A stretch of DNA of 64,000 nucleotides from Candidatus Buchananbacteria bacterium (GCA_041665065.1 JBAYJM010000001.1:23116-87115), one strand, 5' to 3'; counted from the first letter of the stretch, positions 18,719-29,514 are shown. Numbers and translations are program-made. The notes: generated by a model not told the origin, from the sequence alone.

Positions 18719-19939
18719 ATGAAAATAGCCGACGTCCTAGAAGAAACATATTCAGCGCTGTCAGCCAATAAAGTAAGATCAGGATTAACTATCCTGGGCA
18801 TTGTTATTGGAATCAGTTCTGTGATCGCGATGCTATCAATCGGCTTCGGAGCGCAGAGCTCAATTGAGTCCAGCATTCAGTCGATCGGATCAAATCTTAT
18901 TATGGTTATGCCTGGAGCCCAGCGCGGGCCGGGAGTGACTGTTAGTGCCGGCAGAGGTTCGGCCAAAACTTTAACAATGGAAGATGCTGATGCCATAAAA
19001 GAATTGGATTTAGTAAAAGCAGTAGCCCCCGAAGTAAGCGGAAGATATCAAATTGCCGCTAAGGGTCAAAATACCAATACCCAAGTTATTGGAACGGTTT
19101 CTGCCTATTCGTCGGTTAAAAATATTGAGGTCGAATCCGGAAATTTTTTAAGCGATCAAAACATTGCCAGTGCCTCCAAAGTAGCCGTTATCGGGCCGAC
19201 TGTCCGTGATGACGTTTTTGGAACAGATGCTGATGCCATCGGACAAACAATCCGTATAGATAAAACTGATTTTAAGGTTATTGGTATGACTAAGGCTAAA
19301 GGCGGTTCCGGATTTAATAATACGGATAATATGGTCTATGTGCCAATTACTACCGCGCAAAGACTTCTTACTGGCAATAAATATGTAACAACCATCAACG
19401 TCGAGGCTCAAGATGCAAATTCTATGACTTCAGTTCAGGAATCAATAACCTCGTTGTTGTTAACAAGACACAATATTTCTGATGCGACTAACGCGGATTT
19501 TAGCACTCTTAATCAAGCAGATATTATTGCCACGGCATCCAGCATTACCGGAATTTTAACGGCCCTACTGGGCTCGGTGGCGGGTATCTCATTAATTGTC
19601 GGCGGGATAGGGATTATGAATATGATGCTTACTACAGTCACGGAAAGAACCAAAGAGATCGGACTTAGAAAGGCTATCGGAGCTAAAGCAAAAGATATTA
19701 GCATTCAATTCTTAATTGAGGCCATTGCTTTAACAGTAATTGGCGGTCTGGTGGGAATCGTTTTGGGTTGGGCAATAGCTTTTGGCATAACATATTTTGG
19801 CGTTATGCAAACTAAAGTATCCTGGTATTCGATTTTGCTGTCTTTTGGTGTTTCGGCAATAATTGGGATTGTCTTTGGTTATTATCCGGCAAGGCGAGCA
19901 GCAAAATTAAATCCGATACAAGCCTTAAGATTTGAATAA
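18719..19939 (+). CDS. ABC transporter permease (MacB/FtsX-like)
   Basis: LT.LGIVIGI, GGIGIMN.ML..V.ERT.EIGLRKA.GA, YPARRAA.L.P. Confidence 0.93.
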   Translation: MKIADVLEETYSALSANKVRSGLTILGIVIGISSVIAMLSIGFGAQSSIESSIQSIGSNLIMVMPGAQRGPGVTVSAGRGSAKTLTMEDADAIKELDLVKAVAPEVSGRYQIAAKGQNTNTQVIGTVSAYSSVKNIEVESGNFLSDQNIASASKVAVIGPTVRDDVFGTDADAIGQTIRIDKTDFKVIGMTKAKGGSGFNNTDNMVYVPITTAQRLLTGNKYVTTINVEAQDANSMTSVQESITSLLLTRHNISDATNADFSTLNQADIIATASSITGILTALLGSVAGISLIVGGIGIMNMMLTTVTERTKEIGLRKAIGAKAKDISIQFLIEAIALTVIGGLVGIVLGWAIAFGITYFGVMQTKVSWYSILLSFGVSAIIGIVFGYYPARRAAKLNPIQALRFE

Positions 19940-19959
19940 TTATTAATAAAATATAAGCT

Positions 19960-20427
19960 ATGAAAAAAACATCAACGATAATTTTGATGGTTGTAATTGC
20001 GGCCGTCTTTGCGGTTGCTGGATTTTTTGGTGGAATGCAATTTCAAAGGAGTAAAAATTCGGCTGGCAGATTTGCAACTGAATTTCAAAATGGTAATTTT
20101 GCCGGCGCAAGACAAGGAAACGGTTCCGGAGCTGGGATGAGAGCCGGTAATCGGGGAGCAAATTTTATTGCCGGTGAAATAATTTCTAAAGATGATAAAA
20201 GTCTGACTTTAAAATTGGCGGCCGGTGGATCAAAAATTATATTATTTTCAACATCGACCGAACTCACCAAGTTTGCTACTACGTCATTGGAAAATTTAAA
20301 TATTGGTGAAAATATTTCTGTAAATGGCACTGCCAATTCAGACGGAAGTGTCACGGCTCAATCAATCCAAATGAGGCCGTTATTTGAGGCTCCATCACCA
20401 AATCAACAGATTCAGCCAACAAAATAG
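19960..20427 (+). CDS. DUF5666-like membrane-anchored protein
   Basis: TM helix, Gly-rich linker, GEIISKD..G..NSDGSVTAQSI. Confidence 0.7.
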   Translation: MKKTSTIILMVVIAAVFAVAGFFGGMQFQRSKNSAGRFATEFQNGNFAGARQGNGSGAGMRAGNRGANFIAGEIISKDDKSLTLKLAAGGSKIILFSTSTELTKFATTSLENLNIGENISVNGTANSDGSVTAQSIQMRPLFEAPSPNQQIQPTK

Positions 20428-20489
20428 TTTAATTTTTATTTCATATTGTTTCGTTATATTTCAGTCGACCTAAGAAATAAAATAAAAAT

Positions 20490-20711
20490 ATGGAAAACGT
20501 ATCAATGGCGGATCTGCAAAGATATTTGTCAGGAGTCACTTATCCGGCAAGAAAGGAAGATTTGGTTAATCGGGCCATGGAAAATGGAGCTCCTATGGAT
20601 TTAATACAAATGATGGAGGGCTTGTCAGAAGAAGAGTTTAATGGGCATCACCAGGTAATGCATGCAATGAATCAAGGTGATGATGAGATGGCGGATGTGG
20701 AGGATGAATAA
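20490..20711 (+). CDS. DUF2795 family protein
   Basis: YLSGVTYPA.KEDLV..A..NGA. Confidence 0.85.
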   Translation: MENVSMADLQRYLSGVTYPARKEDLVNRAMENGAPMDLIQMMEGLSEEEFNGHHQVMHAMNQGDDEMADVEDE

Positions 20712-20841
20712 AAATAATTTTAGGTAAACAAATAAAACGCACAGAAATGTGCGTTTTATTGCAAAAAAAATTGCCTCTCCCTCCGGTGTCGCGTGGAGGA
20801 AGAGGACTTTGGATTATGGCCGTCGCAATTATAGGGGGGGG

Positions 20842-21090
20842 TTAGGGGCGGATGACTTTGAGCTCACGGAGTTCACTGGCGCTTACCCAGGCCGTGGAAC
20901 CGTCGTGGAAACGGATGCCAAAGATCTTGCCAGTGATTTCGGCGATGGATCGCCGATCGTTGCCATATAACACAACAACTTCGTTGTGCTTGAGCTCAAG
21001 CCCAGACTCAGACACTCCGATCGTGTATCGAAACCTGCGGCGTTGCGCCCGGAATCCTCCCCCTTGATTCTTACTTTTGGTGGTTGTCAT
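20842..21090 (-). CDS. Small hypothetical protein, possibly SH3-like beta barrel
   Basis: SD AAGGAAGGA; promoter TTGACA-N17-TAATAT (21176-21148); IRFHDGSTAWV.ASEL. Confidence 0.6.
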   Translation of the reverse strand: MTTTKSKNQGGGFRAQRRRFRYTIGVSESGLELKHNEVVVLYGNDRRSIAEITGKIFGIRFHDGSTAWVSASELRELKVIRP

Positions 21091-21296
21091 TTACATTCCT
21101 TCCTTGTTTCCCCGTTATGCTGCCTGGAACAATAATGCCTGACATACATATTAACACAATTATACCTTAGTGTCAATAAGTTTTATCTTTAAGCTATCAT
21201 TTTTTATCTTAATTAACGTAGAATTATTTATAAAATCTTCACAATTTTATATTTTTGGGCTATAATTATTTAGTTGATAAATAAAACTATAAAATT

Positions 21297-21509
21297 ATGG
21301 CTATTACAATTGATCTAGAAAAATGCTGTTGGAAAGATGGCAAGTGCACAAGTTGTGGATGTGAATCCGGCTCGTCATGTTTTGGGTGCGTAGAAGTTTG
21401 TGCAATGGGTGCAATAACTCGAGAAGATATCGTAAAAGTAGATTCGGCTAAATGCATAGATTGTGGAGCGTGCATAAGCGCCTGCAAGCACGGCGCCATA
21501 ACTTTGTAA
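21297..21509 (+). CDS. 2x[4Fe-4S]-type ferredoxin
   Basis: CxxCxxxC and CIDCGACISAC motifs. Confidence 0.85.
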   Translation: MAITIDLEKCCWKDGKCTSCGCESGSSCFGCVEVCAMGAITREDIVKVDSAKCIDCGACISACKHGAITL

Positions 21510-21510
21510 A

Positions 21511-22533
21511 ATGATCATTCTCGCAATTGAAACTTCTTGTGATGAAACGTCGACGGCAATTCTAAGAGCGACAAAAGGCAAGCTAGAATTATTATCCAAC
21601 ATTGTTTCGTCACAAATCGATATACATAAACAGTACGGCGGGGTAGTGCCAGAAGTGGCTGCTCGCCATCATGTTTTAAACATTAATCCCGTAATTAATG
21701 AGTCTTTGGATGTGGCAAGAATAAAAGCCAAGGATATTGATTTAATTGCGACCGTGTCGGGGCCGGGATTAATCACCTCTCTAATCGTTGGAGTTGAGGC
21801 GGCGAAAACTTTGAGCATGGCTTGGAAAAAACCGCTTATGCAAATCAATCATATGTATTCCCATATTGCCGGCAATTTTTTAAACAAAATTGAATTTCCG
21901 GTTATGTGTTTGGTGGTTTCTGGTGGTCATACTGAATTGGTTTATTTAAAAAATTATTGGCAATTCAAAAAAATCGGCCAGACAGTTGATGATGCAGCGG
22001 GTGAGGCTTTTGACAAAGTCGCCAAGCTTCTAGGTTTGGGTTATCCGGGAGGACCGATTGTTTCTGCTGAAGCTGATAAATTTAAAGCAAAAGAATTAAG
22101 TATTAAATTTCCTCGGCCAATGATAGATTCCGATAATTTTAATTTTTCTTTCTCAGGATTAAAAACATCGGTCCTTTATGCTACGCAAAAAATGACCGCT
22201 GAAGAAAAAAAGAAAAAAATTCCTGAAATATGTTTTGGATTTCAACAAGCAGTAATTGATGTTTTGGTTTCAAAAACAATTAAAGCCTCAAAACAATTTA
22301 AAGTCAAAACCGTTTTGATGGCTGGAGGAGTGGCTGCCAATAAAAGCTTAAGGGAGTCTTTAAAAAATGCTTCGGAAAATAATGGTTACGAATTCTTTGT
22401 TCCTGAATTTAAGTTGTGTACCGATAATGCAGCCATGGTTGCCTTGGCCGCGTATTATCTATCACAAAACAAAAAACCAAAATTGGATAATTGGAAAAAA
22501 GTTAAGGTTGATCCTAATTGGGAGTTAAAATAA
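21511..22533 (+). CDS. tsaD: tRNA N6-threonylcarbamoyladenosine transferase
   Basis: IETSCDET, GGVVPE, VSGGHT, DDAAGEAFDK, TDNAAM. Confidence 0.96.
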   Translation: MIILAIETSCDETSTAILRATKGKLELLSNIVSSQIDIHKQYGGVVPEVAARHHVLNINPVINESLDVARIKAKDIDLIATVSGPGLITSLIVGVEAAKTLSMAWKKPLMQINHMYSHIAGNFLNKIEFPVMCLVVSGGHTELVYLKNYWQFKKIGQTVDDAAGEAFDKVAKLLGLGYPGGPIVSAEADKFKAKELSIKFPRPMIDSDNFNFSFSGLKTSVLYATQKMTAEEKKKKIPEICFGFQQAVIDVLVSKTIKASKQFKVKTVLMAGGVAANKSLRESLKNASENNGYEFFVPEFKLCTDNAAMVALAAYYLSQNKKPKLDNWKKVKVDPNWELK

Positions 22534-22534
22534 C

Positions 22535-22957
22535 ATGCAAAAGATTACATCATCAGAACAAAAAACATTTGAATTTGCAAAAACCTTTGCTAAGAGGTTA
22601 AAAGGCGGAGAGGTATTGTGTTTAATTGGTGATTTGGGAGCTGGCAAAACTGCTTTTACAAAAGGCTTGGCAAGCGGTTTGGATGTGAAAAATATTATTA
22701 CAAGTCCGACCTTTGTATTGATGAAGGTTTACAGCGTACACCATGATGCAATAAAAAAATTAGCCCATATTGATGCATACCGTATAAATAGCGGAGAGGA
22801 TTTAGAGGCGATTGGTATTGATGATTATTTTAATGATAAAAATTGTGTCACTGTAATTGAATGGGCTGATAGGGTAAAAGAAATTTGGCCGAAAAATGTC
22901 ACTAAAATTAATTTTAAAATTTTAGAAGGTGATAAAAGAAAAGTAACTGTTACGTAG
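22535..22957 (+). CDS. tsaE: t6A biosynthesis ATPase
   Basis: GDLGAGKT, SPTF, HIDAYR, IEWA. Confidence 0.95.
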   Translation: MQKITSSEQKTFEFAKTFAKRLKGGEVLCLIGDLGAGKTAFTKGLASGLDVKNIITSPTFVLMKVYSVHHDAIKKLAHIDAYRINSGEDLEAIGIDDYFNDKNCVTVIEWADRVKEIWPKNVTKINFKILEGDKRKVTVT

Positions 22958-23028
22958 CATGCTGCGTAACAAAAAAATCCGTTCGCCACGGCAAACGGAT
23001 TTTTTATTTGATGCAATTTAAAAAATTT

Positions 23029-24723
23029 TTACTCTGCCACTCTAAATACTTCATCAACCGAAGTTATTCCTTCCATGGCTTTGATTAGGCCATCTTGGGC
23101 CATTGTAATTACGCCCATTTCAAAAGTCATTTTTTTGATATCATATTCAGATAAGTTTCCTTTTACAATTTCATTTTTCATTTTATCGTTGATCGGAATT
23201 ATTTCAAATATACCGATTCGGCCATGATAGCCAAGTCCTTGGCAGGCGTCACAGCCTTTTGAGCCGTAAAATTTTAGATTTTCCAAATCAACTTTATATT
23301 CTGAATTCTGGGGGATTTCGCCGAGTACATCTTTTACCCTTTGTAAAATCTTTTCATCCAAAGTAATTTCACTTTTACATTTGTCACATAGTTTTCTGAC
23401 AAGTCTTTGGCCGATGGAAACATTAAGGGCTGGAGCAAGCAAATACGGCTTTGAGCCCATTGATAAAAATCTAGGAATGGTGCCAAAGGCGTCATTAGTA
23501 TGAATGGTTGATAATACCAAATGACCGGTCAAGGCGGCCTGGATGGCAATTTCAGCCGTATCAAGGTCTCTGATTTCACCAACCATAATTATATCCGGGT
23601 CTTGGCGGACAATGGACTTCAAACCCTTTGCAAAAGTGTAATTATCATTGACCTGGCTTTGGTTGACGCCGGCAAGTTCGTATTCAATAGGATCTTCAAT
23701 GGTGATAATTTTTGTTTCCGCATTATTAAGTCTCCTTAAAATCGAATAAAGGGTAGTTGTTTTACCTGAGCCGGTTGGTCCGGTCGTTACAATCATGCCG
23801 TTAGGTCTTTCAATTTCCCTTGATAAAATTTCCAGAGCTTGGCCGCGAAGGCCCAATTCTTCAAAGCTGATGCCGGCAAACGAAGACATTAAAAGTCTCA
23901 TAACTACGCTTTCGCCAAATGATGTTGGCAGGCAGGAGACCCTGACATCCACCTTGTCGTCTTTTAAAAATATTGTGAATCTGCCGTCTTGAGGCTTGTC
24001 GGTGATATTTATTTTTAATTTTGCTAGCTGTTTAATTCTGGAAATAATCTGGGGCCACATTGATTTTTCAACGATGGCAACGTCATTTAAAACGCCGTCA
24101 ATCCTATACCTGACCTTAACGTCTTTTTCTTCCGCTTCAATATGGATATCGGAGGATCTTGCTTTGATGGCCGCCGCGATAATTAAAGTCACCATCTGCG
24201 TCAGAGAGACTTTTTTTATTTGTTCGTTTAAGTCACTGAATTTTATGATTTCATCCTGGAATTTTTGCAGATCTTCTTCTTTGATTTCAATTCCCCGGAC
24301 AAATTTTCTGACCTTGGGCAAAGTGGCGTAAAGCTTAAATGCGGCTTCAAAGCTGTGCTGGGATATTAAATAAGTTTCAACTCCCGCAAAGTTTTTTTCT
24401 TTAAGTTCCTGTTCTAGGGCCATGACTTGGTCATTATAATCGACCGCTCCGATTCTAATTTGCTTGCCGGTATTTAAAAAGCATACCGATTTTAACTCTT
24501 TGGCCCTTGCCTCATCTATGGTGGTAAGGGTTTCAGGGCTGATTCCAAAACTTTCAAGGCTGATATAAGGCAGACCAATTTCGTTAGCCTGTTTTTCTGT
24601 TTCAGTTTCCTTTTCCTTGATAGTAATTGATTTTATTTTCTGTTGAAGCTTTGCGGTGGTGGAGCCTTCTTCTGGCGTGTCCTCAGATAGCAAATCTTCA
24701 ATCGATGGTCCTATTGATGTCAT
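23029..24723 (-). CDS. Type IV pilus/T2SS assembly ATPase (PilB/GspE family)
   Basis: SDIHIE, PQDGR, TGPTGSGKTTT, RQDPD, TGHLVLST.H, Zn tetracysteine. Confidence 0.93.
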   Translation of the reverse strand: MTSIGPSIEDLLSEDTPEEGSTTAKLQQKIKSITIKEKETETEKQANEIGLPYISLESFGISPETLTTIDEARAKELKSVCFLNTGKQIRIGAVDYNDQVMALEQELKEKNFAGVETYLISQHSFEAAFKLYATLPKVRKFVRGIEIKEEDLQKFQDEIIKFSDLNEQIKKVSLTQMVTLIIAAAIKARSSDIHIEAEEKDVKVRYRIDGVLNDVAIVEKSMWPQIISRIKQLAKLKINITDKPQDGRFTIFLKDDKVDVRVSCLPTSFGESVVMRLLMSSFAGISFEELGLRGQALEILSREIERPNGMIVTTGPTGSGKTTTLYSILRRLNNAETKIITIEDPIEYELAGVNQSQVNDNYTFAKGLKSIVRQDPDIIMVGEIRDLDTAEIAIQAALTGHLVLSTIHTNDAFGTIPRFLSMGSKPYLLAPALNVSIGQRLVRKLCDKCKSEITLDEKILQRVKDVLGEIPQNSEYKVDLENLKFYGSKGCDACQGLGYHGRIGIFEIIPINDKMKNEIVKGNLSEYDIKKMTFEMGVITMAQDGLIKAMEGITSVDEVFRVAE

Positions 24724-24840
24724 TATTTTAGCAAAATATTTATATGTTAATTATAGAAGTAATAGGGTTTTTTTTCAAGTTAAGGCAAATATTTGAGAAT
24801 AAAAAATCCCCGCGAGTTGCGGGGATCAATGAGTGACAAA

Positions 24841-25872
24841 TTAGCTTTTATTGGAAAAGTAGGTTGGGAGATTTTGAATTTGGCCGATTGTTCTTGTAAT
24901 TTTGCTTTCTTCTTCACCGCCATAAATTCTGCTAAACAGCAATGTCCAGACAGCCCATTGGAAAGTGGTGATAAAAGCGGCCACAAAAACAATTATAACA
25001 ATCATTAAAACTGTGCAGAATCCTAAGATGATATAGGCGGCTATTGGCGCTATGGTTGAGAAATATAGGGGTAAAATAAATAGCGGGCCAGCAGTCAGAA
25101 TAAGAGAAGCGATTGCGCTGATAAAAAGGCCGACAATATATACTCCAAGAAGAACAAGGGCGGTCTCCAGGGCTATAAGCACATTGCTTTTAAATAATAG
25201 CCAGGCATTTTGCAGGGCGGGAATAAATCGTTCTTTGTTTAAGGTAATATTAAAAATTTGAAATTTAAATATAACCGAGATAAGAAGGGCTCCGATTGCA
25301 AAAACTACAAAAATAATGAAGTAGACGATGGTTTGCCACAAGTTTCCTGAGAATAATAATGCGATTGAGCCAAAAATTATGAAAATTATAAATAGCGCCA
25401 CCTTTAAAACAACGTTGGACCAGAACACCGGCCAGAAATTTTTGCCTCCATGGCTAAAACCCTCGTTCAATGAAGGTTTTTTATTTTTGTTTATAGTCGA
25501 AATGTTTTTAATGAGAGAGATTTGGGAAATTATGCCCAGCCAGATGAAAAAAACTGCAATAGCAATCGCCACCGCCGCAATTAAAATTGCCATTATGGTG
25601 GTAAAAGGACTGCTTGTTATGGCGCCGATAATATTTTGCCAAAGATTGCCTCCATCAGCCAATCCGGCCTGAATCCCCGAATTAAAGGAGTTCATAAAGT
25701 CTCCAATAAAGCCTCTATTTTTTGGGCTATAAAAAAACCTGGTAATTATTTCGTATTCGCCACCACTGGAAAGTAATGTTGCAAAAAAACCTAAAATCCA
25801 AAGTGATTTGAATCGTTTGGTAATTTGCCATGCCTTTTTAAGCGTTGGTCGATAAAGAGATGTGTCTGACAT
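24841..25872 (-). CDS. Multi-pass membrane protein
   Basis: Several long hydrophobic segments; AW..T...K.LW..G N-terminus. Confidence 0.75.
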   Translation of the reverse strand: MSDTSLYRPTLKKAWQITKRFKSLWILGFFATLLSSGGEYEIITRFFYSPKNRGFIGDFMNSFNSGIQAGLADGGNLWQNIIGAITSSPFTTIMAILIAAVAIAIAVFFIWLGIISQISLIKNISTINKNKKPSLNEGFSHGGKNFWPVFWSNVVLKVALFIIFIIFGSIALLFSGNLWQTIVYFIIFVVFAIGALLISVIFKFQIFNITLNKERFIPALQNAWLLFKSNVLIALETALVLLGVYIVGLFISAIASLILTAGPLFILPLYFSTIAPIAAYIILGFCTVLMIVIIVFVAAFITTFQWAVWTLLFSRIYGGEEESKITRTIGQIQNLPTYFSNKS

Positions 25873-25981
25873 ATTGATTGAAAGTTATTTGATGTATAAA
25901 TTATAACATAAAAATAGGAAAATAAAAAAATAGGACGCTCGCATCGTGCAAGCGTCCATCGCATGGTTCTGACTGTTAAAG

Positions 25982-26668
25982 CTAGAACAGGGAGAGGACG
26001 AAAGACCAGGTGGCGTAAGCCCCGATACTAGCCAGAAGCATCAGGGAGGCCACAATAAGGAGTGGTCGACCGTAGTAAATCTGAACTTCCTCATAATACC
26101 GACCATCTTGCTGATTCTTAGTTTTGGGCTCGATGTCCAATTCTTCGTATGCTGCTAGACAGCCCTCTTTCGTCTTCTCGTTAATTAAAGCGTCCTGGCG
26201 CTTCTTTAATTCGCTTAGGGTTTTGGGGTTTGGTCGACTTTGAGTTCTTCTCTCTTCTCGTAAGAGGGTCAGTTTCCATGTGTTGCTGCTCCATGGACAC
26301 GCTCTCTCCAGCAAAAGCAAATACGCCGCTTGGTTTGCTTGGTTGTCCAGTTTGCGTAGAGCGAAATAGATGCTCTCTTGAGATTGTTTTTTCCTCGAGT
26401 ATGTCTTTAGTCCCCGTAAATCAAACAGGGGGACCATCTGAACGGAGGTTTCTCCCACCGCGGCGAGAAGGTTTCCGTCTCCGTCGAGAATTAAAATTCG
26501 GCGAGAGTACTCAAACTCCCCACTGGCAAGGTCATTGTATAGGCCCAGATCATTAACATCAAAGGGTCGTACATGGCACTCAACGACCTGGTCCTGCGGC
26601 ATGTGACGTTTGAGAAATGGGCGCTCCCGGTACAGGGCATCAACTTTGCCGGCATCAATGCAATTCAT
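25982..26668 (-). CDS. Hypothetical protein with C-terminal TM anchor
   Basis: SD GGAGG; promoter TTGACT-N17-TATAGT (26829-26801); higher GC. Confidence 0.65.
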   Translation of the reverse strand: MNCIDAGKVDALYRERPFLKRHMPQDQVVECHVRPFDVNDLGLYNDLASGEFEYSRRILILDGDGNLLAAVGETSVQMVPLFDLRGLKTYSRKKQSQESIYFALRKLDNQANQAAYLLLLERACPWSSNTWKLTLLREERRTQSRPNPKTLSELKKRQDALINEKTKEGCLAAYEELDIEPKTKNQQDGRYYEEVQIYYGRPLLIVASLMLLASIGAYATWSFVLSLF

Positions 26669-26681
26669 AAAGTAAGCCTCC

Positions 26682-26756
26682 TGGCATCCCGCCAGTTTTA
26701 GAGATATGGCATCCCGCCACAGCTCCGCTTCTATTAATGATTACGGCATCCCACCG
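26682..26756 (-). repeat. Three GGGAU-loop mini-hairpins in a 5' UTR
   Basis: Plus-strand TGGCATCCCGCCA at 26682-26694 and 26707-26719, CGGCATCCCACCG at 26744-26756. Confidence 0.85.
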
Positions 26757-26909
26757 AAATCATTAGGCTAGTCACTAGACCAGCCAATGTACTAGTATAT
26801 ACTATATCATTTTTTTGTAAATTAGTCAATAGACGCGTAGGCGAGTTCAAAAATTCAGTTGCTGGTTAAATAAATTTGTAGTAAAATTAAAAAAACTAAC
26901 TTGACAAGT

Positions 26910-28412
26910 ATGCCATCTGAATTTTTTAATATTCGTTACGCAAAAACAAAAATCCCGATTATTTTTCCTACAGTTCTTTCAAACGAGGCAATGACTAGCA
27001 CTGAAATGGAAGAAATAGCTGGAGGGCGTTACAAAAAATCACAGCTGATAGTTTTTTATAATGGTTATGTTTTGGGTTATTGGCATCATGAAGACTATGA
27101 ACAAGCGAGAAGAAAAATTTTACAGATTCAATTGCAAAATAACCAGTTGCCAAGTTTTATAAATAAGGTAAATGAGATTTCAGCGGAAATTAGCAAGTTA
27201 CTTATAGAATTTAATAAAACTTTTTCCGAGGCCACGGATAAGAGGGCGACAGCATGGAAAACATACGATGGTGCTTGTAACCTATATAGAAGCCTTTGTA
27301 CATATGCTTATGTTGCTAATCTTTTAGACAGGATACTTACTGAAACGGTAAAAGAAGATTTAAAGCAATATATCGTTGATGAAAATAAGCTTCAAGATGA
27401 TCTTTTGGTGTTATCTCGAGCGCCTAAGGCCAATTATATGTATCAGCATGATTTGGAATTGATTGATCTTTTGGAAAAGCAATCGACCGCAGAGGAAATG
27501 GAAAATCATATCAATAAATGGTGCGGACTTTTTGGCGGTGGCAGTAATCCTGAGCTTGAAGAATTAAAAAAAGAGGTGGCTGGCAGAATTGTTTTATTTA
27601 AGGGTATGACCGAAACACAGCGCATTAAGGAGCGCGAAAACATTTCGCAAAATTTTTTACAAGCAGATGAAAATATAAAAAAATGTGAAACTGAATTGAA
27701 TCTGACAGCAGAGATAAAAGACAAATTCAAATTGTTTCGAGATGCCATTGTATTAAAGGAGGCTAGAAAAATGGCTTTGGTCAAGTTTAGTGTTGAGGCA
27801 AATTTTTTGTTTCAGGCTATATCAGATTTGACTGGCATTACAATTGATAAATTGAGATGCATGTTGCCTTCGGAAACAGAAAGCCTTCTTACAGATAAAG
27901 ATTGCGATATTAGTAATGAGATAGACGATAATGTTATATATGTCATTAATGGCGGTATAGTTGTAAAGTATGCGGGGCAGGATTTTTTTGGTAAAATTAA
28001 AGAATATGAAATAGATGAAGAGGTTCTTAAATTAAAAAATGAATTAAGCGGACCTAAAGAAACAATAAAGTCTATAGCGCCAGATTTAAAAAAAATCTAT
28101 AAGGGAATGGTCTCCTGTCGAGGACAAATAACCGCTCCGGTGAAGGTGGTAATGACGATTGCTGATTTTGGAAAAATACAAGACGGAGATATTTTAGTAA
28201 CACCCTTAACCACGCCGGAATATGTCAAAATATTTCATAAAGTTAGGGGAATGATCACGTTTGACGGGGCAGGACTTACAAGCCATCCGGCAACTCTTTC
28301 TAGAGAATACAAAATACCCGCAATTTTAGGGGTGAAGGAATTAGACGGGATTTTAAAAGATGGAGATATGGTGGAGTTAAATGCAGATAATAATGAGATT
28401 AAAATTTTATAA
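26910..28412 (+). CDS. Helical N-terminal region plus C-terminal PEP-utilising phospho-His swivel domain
   Basis: GDILVT..TTPE, G.GLTSHPATLSREYKIPAILG, LKDGD.V. Confidence 0.85.
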   Translation: MPSEFFNIRYAKTKIPIIFPTVLSNEAMTSTEMEEIAGGRYKKSQLIVFYNGYVLGYWHHEDYEQARRKILQIQLQNNQLPSFINKVNEISAEISKLLIEFNKTFSEATDKRATAWKTYDGACNLYRSLCTYAYVANLLDRILTETVKEDLKQYIVDENKLQDDLLVLSRAPKANYMYQHDLELIDLLEKQSTAEEMENHINKWCGLFGGGSNPELEELKKEVAGRIVLFKGMTETQRIKERENISQNFLQADENIKKCETELNLTAEIKDKFKLFRDAIVLKEARKMALVKFSVEANFLFQAISDLTGITIDKLRCMLPSETESLLTDKDCDISNEIDDNVIYVINGGIVVKYAGQDFFGKIKEYEIDEEVLKLKNELSGPKETIKSIAPDLKKIYKGMVSCRGQITAPVKVVMTIADFGKIQDGDILVTPLTTPEYVKIFHKVRGMITFDGAGLTSHPATLSREYKIPAILGVKELDGILKDGDMVELNADNNEIKIL

Positions 28413-28428
28413 AAATTAATTTTAAAAT

Positions 28429-29505
28429 ATGAATTTTGAAGGTGAAAAAAAATTATTGGAAGACCATAGTAGAGAGGCCAAATTTTTTGATATTGAAGAA
28501 AATGAAAACGGATCTAAAACTTATACCGTTAGATGTAGACGTCCTAAAATAAGAGATGTTTGGAAAGACGCACGCGGGGGAAAAGGAGAAATATTACGCG
28601 ATGTGGCATCTTGGGATGGCGATCAAGATTTGCAGGCGCCAGTTTTTGGAGAGGGATATCACTATGGTGTTATGATGGGTGACGTTGGACCAAAGGAGGC
28701 TATTGAAATGGAAAAGCCTGAACTGGAAGTGGCTTGTGTAAGGCATTTAAAACATGAAGGTAACGTGGTAAGTCCTCAAGATTTGGAGGCTTATAAAAAA
28801 AGGGCAGAGGAGTTGGTGGACAGTTTTAATATCGGCGAAGATGATGAGGTCTATGTTATCGCTAGTCCATCTGGCCAATGGCAAGGTCAGGAAGATAGTA
28901 ATGAGGCCGTTAAACTATCACGCACGGCAGATACCGCGGGAGTAATTAAAGATGTTTTAGAAGAAAAGGGCATAAAGTTTTTTGATAAAATAGACCCGAG
29001 AGGTGATGAAACAGGCCCCGTTGATAGCGCGCTCTTTAAGGCATTGCAGGAATTTGACATTAGAGATGATGCATTATTTGGCGAGGAAAATAAAAAAGGA
29101 ATTGCAAACTTAAGAGCCACAAAAGCCGGTAAAGACCTTCCTCATCCTGGTGCTTTGACTATGTCAGCTCCGGCTTATGCTTCGCAAGCCCCAAATCTTA
29201 AAGATCTAGTCGATAGAACCGGAATAACAGAATTAAGCAGTGCAACCATTGCCAGAACCTTTAGGGGTTTGGATGTTGCTGAGGAATATTTTCTAAATGG
29301 AAGAGGCAAAAATAATAAACGAAAAATTGTGATTATGTGCGGTCATGGACAATTTGTTACAGATATAACCGAAGCTTTTCAAAATACTACTGCCGGGCAA
29401 TTCCCTACTATTTTTGCAAACAATGGGGATTATTTTACGATGCAGGTCGGCAAAGATAAAGAAGGAAAAATAGTTGAAGAATATAATTTTACTAAACAGG
29501 ACTAA
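28429..29505 (+). CDS. Divergent histidine phosphatase superfamily protein
   Basis: Ordered motifs VRH(L), ASP, RTADTA, LQEFD, VIMCGHG match the RHG..SP..RA.QTA..L.E..V.HG pattern. Confidence 0.6.
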   Translation: MNFEGEKKLLEDHSREAKFFDIEENENGSKTYTVRCRRPKIRDVWKDARGGKGEILRDVASWDGDQDLQAPVFGEGYHYGVMMGDVGPKEAIEMEKPELEVACVRHLKHEGNVVSPQDLEAYKKRAEELVDSFNIGEDDEVYVIASPSGQWQGQEDSNEAVKLSRTADTAGVIKDVLEEKGIKFFDKIDPRGDETGPVDSALFKALQEFDIRDDALFGEENKKGIANLRATKAGKDLPHPGALTMSAPAYASQAPNLKDLVDRTGITELSSATIARTFRGLDVAEEYFLNGRGKNNKRKIVIMCGHGQFVTDITEAFQNTTAGQFPTIFANNGDYFTMQVGKDKEGKIVEEYNFTKQD

Positions 29506-29514
29506 ATAAAAATT

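Noticed and set aside
21511-22957. tsaD-tsaE without tsaB
   Set aside because: tsaB is often unlinked; absence from one window is uninformative
26682-26756. 13-nt repeats as a mini-CRISPR
   Set aside because: Repeats and spacers too short and irregular; better explained as UTR hairpins
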